A stretch of 48,792 nt of DNA from Chiloscyllium plagiosum (lineage: Eukaryota), in assembly GCF_004010195.1 (NCBI RefSeq), contig NC_057719.1:88987211-89036002 (forward strand), given 5' to 3'. Under the pieces are notes generated by a model. The model saw nothing but the letters and a program-made list of their open reading frames with translations. It was not told the DNA's origin and did not search any database. Below are positions 1 to 12,923 of the stretch, one piece after another. The translations under genes were made by a program, and so were the position numbers. Position 1 is the first letter of the stretch. Each line of letters opens with the position of its first letter.

Positions 1-252
1 TATTACAAGGGGGCATAGCTTTAAGTTAAGGGGTGGTAGGTATAGGACAGATGTTAGGGGTAGGTTCTTTACTCAGAGAGTCGTGAGTTCATGGAATGCC
101 CTGCCAGTAGCAGTGGTGGACTCTCCCTCTTTATGGGCATTTAAGCGGGCATTGGATAGGCATATGGAGGATAGTGGGTTAGTATAGGTTAGGTGGGCTT
201 GGATCGGCGCAACATCGAGGGCCAAAGGGCCTGTACTGCGCTGTATTCTTCT
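1..252 (+). mobile_element. CR1/HER1-type LINE, 3' end (truncated by window start)
   Basis: End of ORF2 (TRGHSFKLRGGRYRTDVRGRFFTQRVV) plus 3' UTR ending gggcctgtactgcgctgtattcttctat; a near-identical copy lies at 13424-13597. Confidence 0.85.
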
Positions 253-760
253 ATTGGTTAGGTCACTGTTGGAATATTGCGTACAATTCTGGTCTCCTTC
301 GTATCAGAAAGATGTTGTGAAACTTGAACAGGTTCAGAAAAGATTGACAAGGATGTTGCCAGGGTTGGAGGATTTGAGCTATAGGGAGAGGCTGACCAGG
401 CTGGGGGCTATTTTCCTTGGAGCGTCGGAGGCTGAGGGGTGACATTATAGAGCTTTACAAAATTATGAGGGGCATGCATAGGGTAAATAGGCAAAGTCTT
501 TTCCCTGAGGTCGGGGAGTCCAGAACTAGAGGGTATAGGTTTAGTGTGAGAGGGGAAGATATAAAAGAGACCTAAGGGACAACTTCTTCACACAGAGGGT
601 GGCACGTGTATGGAATGCCAGAGGAAGTGGTAGATGCTGGTACAATTGCAACATTTAAGAGGCATTTGGATGGGTATATGAATAGGAAGGGTTTGGAGGG
701 ATATGGGCCAGGTGCTGGCAGGTGGGACTAGATTGGGTTGGCATGGGCGGGTTGGACTGA
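253..760 (+). mobile_element. CR1/HER1-type LINE 3' fragment
   Basis: ORF 254..442 VRSLLEYCVQFWSP...LEQVQKRLTRMLPGL is the typical CR1 ORF2 C-terminus. Confidence 0.85.
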
Positions 761-952
761 GTCAGAGTCAAGGTTAGTGTGGTGCTGGAAAAGCACAGCA
801 GGCCAGGCAGCATCCGAGGAGCAGGAAAATCGATGTTTTGGGCAAAAGCCCTTCATCAAGATTTTGGGCTTTTGCCCAAAATGTTGATTTTCCTGCTCCT
901 CGGATGCTGCCTGACCTGCTGTGCTTTTCCAGCACCACGCTAACCTTGACTC
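761..952. mobile_element. Palindromic (head-to-head) Penelope-like terminal fragment
   Basis: ~90-nt inverted arms (gtggtgctggaaaagcacagcagg...gggcaaaagccc / gggcttttgccc...ttttccagcaccac); the same sequence forms the terminus of the Penelope element at 42577. Confidence 0.75.
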
Positions 953-3605
953 TAACCTGCAGTACCCACTTCCGCCCTGTGTTACTGGGCAGCAGAGACA
1001 GAGACAGGGAGAGAGCAGAAACTGCTCATTCAGAAACTGTCACAATTCATTCTAGTATTCAAAAGGGTCTGAGTGCCCGGATGCACTTTTTCTCTGAACC
1101 TTGGAGAAACTTTGACTCTTTGTGTTCAGGCTTGCATGCACATTTGCTTGCTGGCGATTAAATGTCTATTTCAATCCCTGCAGCTCAAGATCCAGAGATT
1201 ACTTGATTTAATTTGCATTTGCTGATCTATGATGGTTTTCTTTTAAGGAACTATCGGTGCTTATGAAATGAAAGTTCTGCATAAGTTTTATTATTAAGAT
1301 ATTAACGCTCCCGCTCTCCTTACATTCCATGACTGCCCTACTCTCACTCTCTAACTAGTCAAAGAATTGACTAAAGTAGATCAAATCAGTCGCACTATAA
1401 CTAAATTGGCATCAGACTGTTCATCTATCAGAGTTTCCATAATGCAATAAAATTCAATGGTATGGTATAATAAAGTGTAACATTTTGGCATCTTGGACTG
1501 AGGTACAGAATGATTCTGCATAGCAAGGATTCTGAAGTTATATGGCTTAATTAAAATACAAAAGAAAACTGTAAAACTGAGTCTAAAGACGGTTCTAAAT
1601 CTCCCAAACCACCAATACTGCTTTCAGAAATGATATCGGCACAATGAAATTTTGTTTCAGGGCCCACATAATTTTACGACTGCTGCATCACATCAGTGAG
1701 TGAGGAGTACCCATGGTAGAGTTACTATCTGACTCTGTCAACTTCAGCGTAGGACCCATCACTGTTCCCGGTACTGCAATAATTTCTGCTTCATGCCCAG
1801 TGGCCCTCCTGGGTCAGCAGACATTGTGCAAGTTGGATGCCAGTATCCCGGATACACACGACTCCACACGACTCCATGCTGCGAGCACCAATTTCCCGCA
1901 GGCCTGGAAACTCCAATTCTGCCAGCTCCAGCTGCACCTGGTCCTGTTAGCACGCAGGATCCCCTCAGTTGAATCAGAGTTCGGCTTTCTCTTTTATAAG
2001 AGTAACCCTTCTATTTTGCACCCCTTAGTCAGGCCCCCGTCCCCCTGGTAGAAGTTGCCCAACTTGGGCAGGGTGAGATCTGCAAACCCCAGACTACTTT
2101 TACCACACCAACCCCAGGCACTGCCCCCTCCTACGAAAACCCCTTGTTGCTAGATGATCTTCCGGCATCACTGTGGGCATAGCATCCCAACCATGCAGGC
2201 CAAGTGCTGTCTGCCCCACCACACAGAGTGACACTCAAACAGGAAGCTATCCTACCATCTATATGGCAGTACCCAGAAGGGATCAAGCCAGTTATTGTCT
2301 CCCTCCTACAACAGGGTGTCCTAGTTCCCACAACCAGTCCATGTCATGCACCCATCCTACCCATCCCAAAACCCAGGAGGCCAGGAAAGTGGCATTTTGT
2401 CCAGGATCTGTGGGCTGTCAATGCAATTGTGATTCCCTGCTCCCCAGTAGTCCCAGACACTAACACCATACTCACCAGCATCCCTGCTTCTGCTACTTGC
2501 TTTTTCCGTGATCGATCTCCGCTCAACTTCTTTCTCTATTCAATTGTCCTCTGAGAGCCACATACTGTGGCTGCCAGCACACATGGACCAGGGTGACACG
2601 GACAGCTACACAGTCTCTGCCTCTGCAGTATACCTGCCATGTGACAGCACGCTCCTCCAATAAGCGGATGATTTGTTACTGGCCTCCACCTCTGCTGAAT
2701 CATGCACGCTTAACGCTGTAGCATAGCTCCACTGTCCAGCAGAAGTTGGACACAGGGTTTCAATCGGGAAAATGCAACTCTGCCAATACATAGTACAGTA
2801 CTTATGATACAAACTCTCACATGGCCTCAGAGAACTATCCAAAGAAAGAGTTGCGGCCCCTTACTCAGCTTCCTCACCAGTCACAAGAATTCAGCTGCAG
2901 GCTTTCCTGGGAATGGTGAATTATTGCAGGCATTGGACCTGACCATCGTGCCACTGACGAGCCCCTATGGAAGGCAACTTCACCTAAGCAGCCAGTGAAA
3001 ATGCACTGGATGCCAAAGATGGAACAGGCATTCACCGACTTAAGATAGCAGATAGTCTCTGCTCCTGCCCTGACTACACCCAGCCCTTCTACCTCTACAT
3101 CAATGAATCCAAAGGGTTTGTATCCAGCATTTTAATGCAGCTCCATAGGTTGTTTTTTTACTTTGTACACTTACCGCCTGTTGTAAGGGGAATGCCAGCA
3201 TGTATGAGAGTTGTGGCAGCAGCCATGGTAACAGTAGAAGAGGTCACCCCCATCGTGCTGGATCACACATGCACTGTTTTGGTTCCCCATTCGGTCTCCC
3301 TGCTGCTAAATTCAGCACCAACCCAACATTTCACTGTCATCCAGAGAACTGGCTATGTGGTCTCTTTACTGTTGAAAGCTAACCTGTCCCGTCAGCATGA
3401 CCCTTGAACCCCACCACCCTGCTCCCACTCACTCAGAACGCCATTAAGGATGCCCATGCCTGTTTAGACCTCAACCAGCTGGTCGTCACCCCGCACACTG
3501 ACCTCTCTGAAACACATTTAGACAGCCCTGACCTCATACTCTTCATGGATGGGTCCTCCTTCAGGCATTGGACCACTGCACACTGGCAGAGTTTGCCATA
3601 TGCAA

Positions 3606-3785
3606 TCAAGATTAGAGTGGTGCTGGAAAAGCGCAGTAGATCAGGCAGCATCCGAGGAGCAGGAAAAAGCCCTTCATCAGCCCAAAACATCGATTTTCCT
3701 GCTCCTCAGATGCTGCCTGACCTACTGTACTTTTCCAGCACTACTCTAATCTTGACTCTAATCTCCAGTATCTGCAGTGTCCACT
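3606..3785. mobile_element. Palindromic Penelope-like terminal fragment inserted in the ERV RNase H region
   Basis: Inverted arms tcaagattagagtggtgctggaaaag... / ...cttttccagcactactctaatcttga. Confidence 0.75.
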
Positions 3786-4213
3786 TCTGCCGATGCCATA
3801 TGCAACCCTTTCACAATCCTGGAATCAGCTGCACTACCAGTTGGCACATCTGTGCAGGCTGTTGAGCTATTCGTGCTCACTAGGGCTTGCATCATTGCAA
3901 ATAGTCACACGGTCAACATTTACACTGACTCCAGGTATGACTTTGGAGTCATTCACAACTTTGGCACACTCTGGAAACAGAGAGGGTTCATCTCTTCAGC
4001 AGGGAGGCCACTGCAACACGGTGTCACGCGATCCTGGTATGCACTGGGATTCGCTGCTGCTGCCCAAGCCCTGCTGTCACAGTGCCTCATTTGCCTGCAG
4101 AACAATGCAGGGAAGCCTGTGCCAGGAATGACCACTTACCAGTTCCTGAGGGGCCTTTCAGCCACTTGCAGATTGACTTTGCTCACATGCCCAAAAAACG
4201 GAGTTACATCATT

Positions 4214-4525
4214 GCACGGTGGCTCAGTGGTTAGCACTGTTGCCTCACGGCACCAGGGTCCCAGGTTCAATTCCAGCCTCGGGCGACTGCCTGTGTGAAG
4301 TTTGCACATTCACCCCTTGTCTGCGTGGGTTTCTGCCAGGTGCTCCGGTTTCCTCCCACAGTCCAAAGATGTGCAGGTCAGGTGAATTGGCCAAGCTAAA
4401 TTGCCCATAGAGTTAGGTGCATTAGTCGGAGGGAAATGGGACTGGGTGGGTTACTCTTTGGAGGGTCGGTGTGGACTTGTTGGGCCGAAGGGCTTGTTTC
4501 CACACTGCAGGGAATCTAATCTAAT
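4214..4525 (+). mobile_element. HE1-type tRNA-derived SINE inserted in ERV integrase
   Basis: A-box tggctcagtgg, B-box ggttcaattcc, central V-SINE-like domain, CR1-like tail ending aatctaatctaat. Confidence 0.88.
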
Positions 4526-5229
4526 CATCGACATGTTCTCTAAATGGGTGGAGGCGTTCCCCACAAGAAAGGTTGATGTACGAACAGTGGTAAAACGCCT
4601 CCTAAGAGACATCATCCCCAGATTTGGGGTCCCCAGCAACATAGAGACAGACAGGAGGACTCACTTTACTGCTAGGCTCACGACTGATATTACCGAGGCA
4701 CTAGGGATACTGTGGCAACACCACATCCCCTACCAACCCCAGTCATCAGGCATGGTCGAATGGATGAATGGCACCCTTGAAACCACACTGAACAAGGTCA
4801 CCCAAGGTCTGACCTGGCCAGACGCTTTGCCACAAGCTCCTTACACCATATGTGCTCAGGCAAACCGTACGACTGGACTCACCTCTTTTGAGGTACTCAT
4901 GGGGTGATCTATGCCCACCACTACCAGGCCCCCAAAGCTCTCCACTGACACAGCCCTTCCCCAAGACAAGAGGCTCTGCTGGATTATGTACAAGTCCTCA
5001 GCAGAAGTTTACTGTAAAGCACAACAAGGTCATAGCCATGCTGCCCACTCACCAACCAGTGCCACTTCATCCATTCCGACCCGGGGACTATGAAATGATA
5101 ACATCACTGGAAAAGGACTCTCTCTCCCCTCGGTGGAAAGGCCCGTACCTGATCCTGCTAACAACCCGGACAACTGTGAAAGTGGAAGGATGGCCTGAAT
5201 GGACAACATGCCATGTGCTGAAAGAGAGC

Positions 5230-6490
5230 TCCAACTCCAATGAACAGGGACCATACAGGAGACGGCACCACTCAGAAAACCAAGGATGGATCCAGCTGCT
5301 CACCGCAGCCATCATCATCATCATCATCACCCTAAGCGTGATCTGTCTGACCATCACACTGTGGCTTGCCAGTAAACAGGGACAAGCAGCGAGACATTTA
5401 ATGATCCGCCATGACTTGCGGGCCAACACCTTCCTGAGAATGGCCTATGGGTATGCTCAGCGATTTAACCAGACCCACTGCTGGGTCTGCACTCATGTCA
5501 CTATCCACTCTCACAGGGGTATTCCCTTAGCTTCCATCCCTTCAACATCTCCAACAAGGCAGAGTGGTGGCTGGAACCAAACAGATACCCTGAGGTCACC
5601 ACACTCAAAATACCATCAGCAATGACCAACAACAGGGACAATAGCCCAGCCCGCTGGGGATCTGTAGGTACCACCTGGACAAACTTAAAGAGTGGTTTTA
5701 CCCAGCCTACAACCTCTCCAATGAACCCTCAACCCTGACCATTGCTGGACAATCAAACAGGGTCCACCTGCAGGATCCATCAGTTTAAAAGCACACAGCC
5801 ATCCGGATGGGATGCTGGCTGGAGTCAGTGCAGCATGCCAATCCTAACTCCCGCAGCATGCCAATCTTCTACAGAAGGCAGCATATTAAACCCGCAGGTC
5901 TTCAACAGGACCACCCAGCTAGTGTGCTTCCAATTAAACCTGTTGGACTATAACCTGGTGTTGTGTGATTTTTAACTTTGTACACCCCAGTCCAACACCG
6001 GCATCTCCAAATCATGACCCAGAATACCATCTTCCTCACCATCTGGACAGGGACCCAGACCCGCCATCTCCGGACCAACTTTCGCTGTGGCCACAAAGCT
6101 TACCCCTGGCTTCCATTGTTCTAGGCTGGGAGCTGCTATGTCGGGTACATGGTACCATTCATCTATCACTCCCAGTCCTCCCCTTCCCAAAGCCCCTCAC
6201 CAGTAGCAAATGAGCCCTCGCTGCCCTTGATGCAACTCACTATCTGATGCCACTGCCCCCCCACCACCTGCCATGCAACCCTACATAGGAAGCCCACAAA
6301 CCCGCCACCACACGAGAGGAGGTGGTGAATTCCACAGCTGAGGCGCCTGCCCAGCGGAGGCTGTTGCCAATTGCATTGTGGCGCCACAAATCGAGATGGC
6401 CTTAGACCACCTGCTCGCTGCAAAAGGGGCACATGCACCCTCATTGGTGCTGACTGCTGCACAAACATTCCCAAGACAACCTGACAATAA
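5230..6490 (+). pseudogene. env: Decayed gamma-type retroviral env
   Basis: Hydrophobic signal segment, SU CxxC motif (THCWVC), immunosuppressive-domain-like MALDHLLAAKG followed after a frameshift by TCTLIGADCC (CX6CC) at ~6396-6465. Confidence 0.85.
5918..6013 (+). mobile_element. Penelope-like terminal fragment (second family) inserted in env
   Basis: Reverse complement of ~34420-34515; flanked by a repeated acccag. Confidence 0.65.
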
Positions 6491-7002
6491 GCTTCCTGGA
6501 CTCAATAAACACAGCTGGCCCAAAGCCCTAAGGGCAGTCTCATACCCCAGTGATACCAAAGCCACACAAAGCTCAGGTCAGACAGAGAGACACCAGTATA
6601 CCTTGCTTACAGGACAGCAACAATGGAAACACCTTACTACCAAGAAAAGAGATATTCTTTCCTGATCCCATTAAGAACTGATTGATGCTGCCAGGATGCT
6701 TCATTGTATCTACATTCAGGACGTTCTTCTGATAACTGATTTGTGATTATCACCGTTGTAACTTGATTACTTAATTATCAAGACCATTGTACTTTCACTA
6801 TTTTTAATTAGCATCATTGTACAGTATTCCTATAAAAAATGACGACTTTCAGCTCAGGGAGGAGAACGCTTGATCTACCTGTACAGACTGTCAGTTCTAT
6901 ATCAGCCTTGTCAATTTATCTTCCAGGGATATCACTTGTAATAAACAGCTTGTCAATTTCACCCGATCTGGATTGCATGGTCTCTGTTCAATTGGGCCCA
7001 AT

Positions 7003-7090
7003 TCTCTCACTCTCACTCTCTCTGTCTCTCGCTCTCTGTCACACACACACACACGCACGCACACACATTCTGTCTCACACACACACACAC
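7003..7090. repeat. (CT)n/(CA)n microsatellite
   Basis: Directly visible. Confidence 0.9.
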
Positions 7091-7991
7091 CTGGTTCTGA
7101 ACATTCATGTGAACACTCATCCTCCTCCCATATGCCATGCCCTGCCCCCAAACGCACCATCATGATTCCAACCTGGAGTGTGATACTGAAGTGTGATACA
7201 GGTGCCGCTCAGTATCGTGGGAGATGTCAGTCTTAAGCCTGACTCAAGTGTGTGAATGCCCGGTGCTCATCTGACATCCAGGGATTCTTTAATGGAGCTT
7301 AATGTTTGACATGCCAACATTATTTTGTCATTCCATATCCCTCAGTGTGTGCCTGTGTCTGTTTCCCACCAGGGCCCTGTATTATGGTGTCAAGTATTCC
7401 TTTACTGACCTTATAAGTCAGTAATCATTATATTCCGCAACCTCATACACAAATCATAGAAAGCTAATGTGATGGTGTCACCAAATATGAGGATGGTTTG
7501 CCATTTATTACCAGGGCACAGGACTAGGGAATGGAGGAAGCTTTGCTTAGTCTGCAGGCTTAATCTGCTGGGGCAGTGGAGTGATTAGGAAGGAAAGGGA
7601 GTTTATTTCATTCGTTCATGAGATGTGAGCATCATTGGCTGTGCTACCATTTATCCCCCATTCCTATCAACCATTGAGAAGGTGGGAGTGGGCTGTCTTC
7701 TTGAACTGCTGCACTCCATCAAACTAATTTTTTTGGGGAGAAACAATATATAGTGGAAATTAAAATCCAGCCTTTTCTGTTCCTGCTCCCAATTTAATAT
7801 TCAACAATTTATTTTATTATGATTTAGAGACTGTAGTTTCATAAACGAAATGTATTAAAAGGTTGAATTGATCCTCTTCCACAGAATGCTGATATTATAC
7901 TGCATGGGAGTTTTGTTGGAGAGGGTATTCACCAGATGTTTGGGCAACCCAATGTCATCGAGGCATCCAGCACAGAAACAGACCCTTCTTT

Positions 7992-8120
7992 CCTGATGAA
8001 GGGCTTTTGCCCAAAACGTTGATTTTCCTGCTCCTCGGATGCTGCCTGAACTGCTGTGCTTTTCCAGCACCACTAATCCAGAATCTGGTTTCCAGCATCT
8101 GCAGTCATTGTTTTTACCTT
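7992..8120 (+). mobile_element. Penelope-like terminal fragment with mutated hammerhead core
   Basis: cctgatgaagggcttttgcccaaaacgttga (GAAA mutated to AAAA). Confidence 0.7.
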
Positions 8121-8174
8121 CATTTCAACCATATATCCTAAACTAATCTAGTCCCATTTGCCATCACTTTGCCC

Positions 8175-10030
8175 ATGTCCCTATTAAGGTTACTGAGTGA
8201 AGCAAGCGAGGAAATAGCTGGAGCCTTAACAGATATCTTTGCAGCATCCTTGAACATTGATGAGGTCCCAGAGGACTGGAGAATTGCTAATGTTGTCCCC
8301 TTGTTGAAGAAAGGTAGCAGGGATAATCCAGGTAATTATAGACTGATGAGCCTGACATCAGTGATAGGGAAGCTGCTGGAGAAGGTACTGAGGGATAGGA
8401 TCTATTTACATTTGGAAGAAAATGGGCATATAAGCAGTTTGGTTTTGTCCAGGGAATGTGATGTCTTACCAACATAGTAGAGTTCTTTGAGGAAATTACA
8501 AAGTTGGTTGATGAGGGAAGGGCTGTCGATGTCATGCCCATGAACTTCAAGAAGGCATTTGATAAGGTGTCCCATGATAGGCGAAAGGAGAAAGTTAAGT
8601 TGTATAGGATCCAGAGTGCACTAGCTAGATTTATAGAGAACTGGCTATGCTGTAGGAGACAGAGAGTAGTAGTGGAAGGGAGCTTCTCAAAAGGGGGAAC
8701 TCTAACCAGTGGTGTTCCACAGGGTTCCGTACTGGGCCCACCGTTATTTGTGATATACATAGCTGATCTGGAGGAGGGTATAGATCTGATTAGCAAATTT
8801 GCAGATGACACTAAGATTGGTGGAGTAACAAATAGTGAAGGGGATTGTCAGAGAACGCAGCAGAATATCGATAGATTGAGAGTTGGGCAGAGAAAAGGCA
8901 GATCTGGCCAAATGCGAAGTGATACATTTTGGAAGATCCAATTCAAGAGTGAACTATACAGGAAATGGAAAAGCCCTGTGGAAAATTGATATGCAGAGAG
9001 ATCTGGGTGTTCAGGTCCATTGCACCCTGAAGGTGGCAATGCAGGAAGATAGAATGGTCAAGAAGGCATATGGCATTCTTTCCTTCATTGGACAGGCTGT
9101 TGAGTACAAGAGTTGACAGGTCATGCTACAGTTACATCAGACTTTGGTACTGCCACATTTAGAATACTGTGTATAATTCTGGTCACCACATTACCAAAAG
9201 GATGTAGATGCTTTGGAGAGGATGCAGAGGAGGTTCACCAGGATGCTATGGAGGGCGTTAGCTATGAAGAGAGATTGAATAGATTAGATTATCTTCATTA
9301 GAAAGACAGAGGTTGTAGGGGGAGCTTGATTGAAGGCTACAAAATCATGAGCGGTATAGATAGGGTGGATAGCAAGAAGCTTTCTCCCAGAGTGGGGGAA
9401 TCAAGTACTAGCGGTCATGAGGTCAAGAAGAAAGGGCAAAAGTTTAGGAGAGATATGCATGGAAAGTTCTCTACACAGAGGGTAGTGGGTGCCTGGAACG
9501 TTGCCAGTGGAGATGGTAGAGGTGGGCACAGTAATGTTATTTATGACGTATCTAGACAGATACATTAATGAGCAGAGAGCAGAGCAATACAGTTGATTAG
9601 ATTAGATTACTTTTGATTAGATTAGATTACTTACAGTGTAGAAACAGGCCCTTTGGCCCAACAAGTCCACACCGACCCGCCGAAGCACAACCCACCCACA
9701 CCCATTCCCCTACATTTACCCCTCTGCCTAGCACTACGGGCAATTTAGCATGGCCTGCACATCTTTGGAATGTGAGAGGAAACCAGAGCACCCGGAGGAA
9801 ACCCATGCAGACACAGGGAGAATGTGCAAACTCCACACAGTCTGTTGCCTGAGGCGGGAATTGAACCCGGGTCTCTGGCGTTGTGAGGCAGCAGTGCTAA
9901 CCACTGTGCCACTGTGCCACCCAGTTCTTTGGAAAATAGGCAAAAGGTTTAGAAAGAGGATCTGGATCAGCACATTCTTGGAGAAGTGAAGGACATATTT
10001 CTGTACTGTCATTTTGTTTGTTCTTTGATC
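8175..10030 (+). mobile_element. CR1 LINE ORF2 (RT) fragment, interrupted near its 3' end by a SINE
   Basis: [44 protein letters not shown]. Confidence 0.92.
9593..9921 (-). mobile_element. HE1-type SINE
   Basis: Reverse-complement A/B boxes and gattagattagatt tail. Confidence 0.88.
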
Positions 10031-10919
10031 TTATTAATGTACCAGATGCCTTTTAAATATTGTCATTGTACTCACCTCCTCTGCTGGCTCATTCCATGCA
10101 GGCACCACTCTCTGTGTGAAAATGTTGCTCCTCAGATCCATTTTAAATCTTGCCCCACATATCTTAAACATTTGCCCTCTAGTTTAGGACTCCACTGTCC
10201 TGGGAAAAAGACCATGGCAACTTCTTTACTCAATGCACTGAGTGCTGGTTTGCTTTATCAAGAGGATAGATGTATGCCTCACGCCACATACGGCTGCCTC
10301 CTCCATGAAAAGTCTAATTTAATAGCACCTTTTACATCTCAGGACATTCCAGTTTGAAGTACAGTCACTGTTGTTGCATAGAAAACACAAAAGCCACTTT
10401 ATGCAAAGCAATAATCAGATAGTTTGATATAGATGTATTGATATATTCTCAGTGGAATGAATTCTTCTGTGCTGTGCAACTCAATTAGCAGAATTTTCCC
10501 CCCTTGGAGGTGGTGGGAATGGTGGCAAGAAGGGGAAATAATTGTGTGAGATAATCTTGTTGAGAGGCCACTTTCTGACCACTTGTCACAATACTGGTTC
10601 TTTTTACAAGGTTACTGTGCCCTTGAGCTTTTTGCATAGAGAGGGTAATTGGCCATACTCCAATTATGCTGGGTTTGCAAGTTTTATTGGGGCATTTTTT
10701 GTTTACCCATAACAGATAATGTCTCCGGCCTAAGACTTTCATGTGTTTAAAAAAGATATAATCAAAAGGGAGTAGCCAGCGGTATCTTCTCCCTTCCTTC
10801 TGCCCTTCTGAGAATGAATCTGACAATTTCTTGTCCAGAGTTATTCTCAGTGAAGTATTTGCTGACTCCATCCCTGGAATCCCTGTCAGTCTGTTCCCTG
10901 GGGAGGCCTCTGTGATATA

Positions 10920-12067
10920 TAGAACATAGAACATTACAGCGCAGTACAGGCCCTTCGGCCCTCGATGCTGCGCCAACCTGTCAGACCAATCTGAAGCCCA
11001 CCTATCCTACACTTTTCCATGTACGTCCATATGCTTGTCCAATGACAACTTAAATGTACTTAAAGTTGGCAAATCTACTACCATTGCAGGCAAAACATTC
11101 CATATCCTTACTACTCTCTGAGTAAAGAAACTACCTCTGACATCTGTCCTATATGTATCACCCTTCAATTTAAAGCTATGTCCCCTTGTGCTCGCCGTCA
11201 CCATACATGGAAAAAGACTCTCTCTGTCCACCCTATCTAACCCTCTGATTATCTTATATGTCTCTATTAAGTCACCTCTCAACCTTCTCTCTATCGAAAG
11301 CAGCCTCAGGTCCCTCAGCCTTTCCTTGTTAGACCTTCCCTCCATACCAGGCAACATCCTAATAAATCTCTTCTGCATCTTTTCCAAAGCTTCCACATCC
11401 TTCTTATAATGCGGTGACCAGAACTGTACACAATACTCCAAGTGCGGCCGCACCAGAGTTTTGTACAGCTGCAGCATAACCTCATGGTTCCGGAACTCAA
11501 TCCCTCTATTAATAAAAGCTAAAACACTGTAAGCCTCCTTAACAACCCTGTCAACCTGGTGGCAACTTTCTAGGATCTGTGTACATGGACACCGGGATCC
11601 CTCTGCTCATCTACACTACCAAGAGTCGTACCATTAGCCCAGTACTTTACATTCTGGTTTCTCTGACCAAAGTGAATCACCTCACTTGTCCACATTAAGC
11701 TCCATTTGCCAGCTCTCAGCCCAGTTCTGCAGCTTATCTACGGCCCCATGTAACCTACAGCATCCTTTGGCACTATCCACAACCCCATCGACCTTAGTGT
11801 CATCTGCAAATTTACCCATTCTTGCAAGACCTCACCCAGGTCATTTGTAAAAATGACAAACAGCAGTAGACCCAAAACAGATCCTTGAGGTACACCACTA
11901 GTAACTTAATTCCAGGATGAACATTTCCCAGCAACTACCACCCTCTGTCTTCATTCAGTAGCCAATTTCTGATCCAAACCGCTAAATCACCCTCAATCCC
12001 ATGCCTCTGACTTTTGTACAATAGCCTACCATGGAAACCTTATCAAACGCCTTAGTGAAATCCACAG
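10920..12067 (-). mobile_element. CR1/HER1 LINE, 5'-truncated
   Basis: ORF 11007..11477 LYKTLVRPHLEYCVQFWSP; tail atagaacatagaac. Confidence 0.92.
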
Positions 12068-12143
12068 ACATAAAGGCATGGTCTCTCTCTCTATCTCTTT
12101 CTCACACAGACACACACAGACATTTCAATGATGATACTGAGCT

Positions 12144-12790
12144 CAGATCCTCACTGACTCTCCCCTGGACCCTCAATGACTCTCCCTCAGACCCTTATTC
12201 ACTCTCCCCCAGATCCTCACTCACTCTCCCCCAGATCCTGTTTTAAAAAATTCTCAAGGTCAGGTTCGTAGGAGAGTAGTCTGACACAGAACAAACGACC
12301 AAGAGGCGAGTCTGCTAGAATATGGGCATTTTATTCCCCGCATCGTCGCCACAACCAGGTCCAAACAACGGGTCTGGCTTATACTCACTCTACATGTTAC
12401 CAAAACTGGGAGCCGTCAGTTCTCGTAGAGCGGTTGCCAACAACCCACGCTCGGCGGTTAAACGTAACCCCGGAGCAGACTCACCGAACTGGAGACTTTT
12501 CCAGCTGATATACTCCCTTCCAGATATAAACATTCATGTGAACAGCAGAGCAAGGCTAAAAAACACATTCCATTCTGGTTACATACAGATAAGAAGATTC
12601 ACACGGGACTAAGCAACACCTCCATTCCGGTTAGATTCACACATGTATTGGGACATAATTTTTAACCGTTTCACCACATTCCACTGCTTGGAATTTTACA
12701 CCACAGATCCACACTCACTCTTCCCCAAACACTCACTGACTCTCCCCTAGATCCTCACTGACTCTCCCCCAGACCCTTACTTACTCTCCT
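12144..12790. repeat. ~22-nt minisatellite (cagatcctcactgactctcccc) split by a solo LTR
   Basis: Units visible at 12144-12238 and 12706-12790. Confidence 0.8.
12239..12705 (-). mobile_element. Solo LTR (467 nt)
   Basis: TG...CA ends, 5-bp flanking duplication gatcc (12234-12238/12706-12710), minus-strand TATAA (~12379-12383) then AATAAA (12330-12335), CpG-rich. Confidence 0.7.
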
Positions 12791-12923
12791 GTCTGTAAAG
12801 TCCCATGTTCTCCCTGATCCTGTGTTGGGGAGAGTTTGGGTAGGGGGTGTTTGTGCGACAGACATGTGATTAATGTTTTACATTCCCAAACTCTGCTGAA
12901 ATATGTGAGAAGGAGAAAATAAT

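Larger units (their letters stand above)
1700..5220 (+). mobile_element. pol: Decayed endogenous retrovirus pro-pol (class I, gamma/epsilon-like)
   Basis: Protease end CPVALLGQQTLCKL; RT SPCHAPILPIPKP..KWHFVQDLWAVN and LQ*ADDLLL; RNase H FMDGSS, AVELFVLTRAC, VNIYTDSRY; integrase IDMFSKWVEAFP, IIPRFGVP, PYQPQSSGMVE and GPY/F motif PRWKGPY; many frameshifts and stops. Confidence 0.92.

Noticed and set aside
99..252. Near-identity with 13424-13575 as a segmental duplication or LTR pair around the ERV
   Set aside because: Both are 3' ends of the same young CR1 subfamily; the flanks are unrelated
4214..4290. tRNA genes at SINE heads
   Set aside because: The A/B boxes are followed by SINE body and LINE-derived tail; these are tRNA-derived SINEs
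4852..5625. 257-aa ORF as a novel integrase-Env fusion or domesticated env
   Set aside because: Surrounded by frameshifts and stops, and env breaks soon after CWVC; best explained by decay joining frames
12144..12790. CRISPR-like repeat
   Set aside because: Eukaryotic context; contiguous degenerate units with no unique spacers
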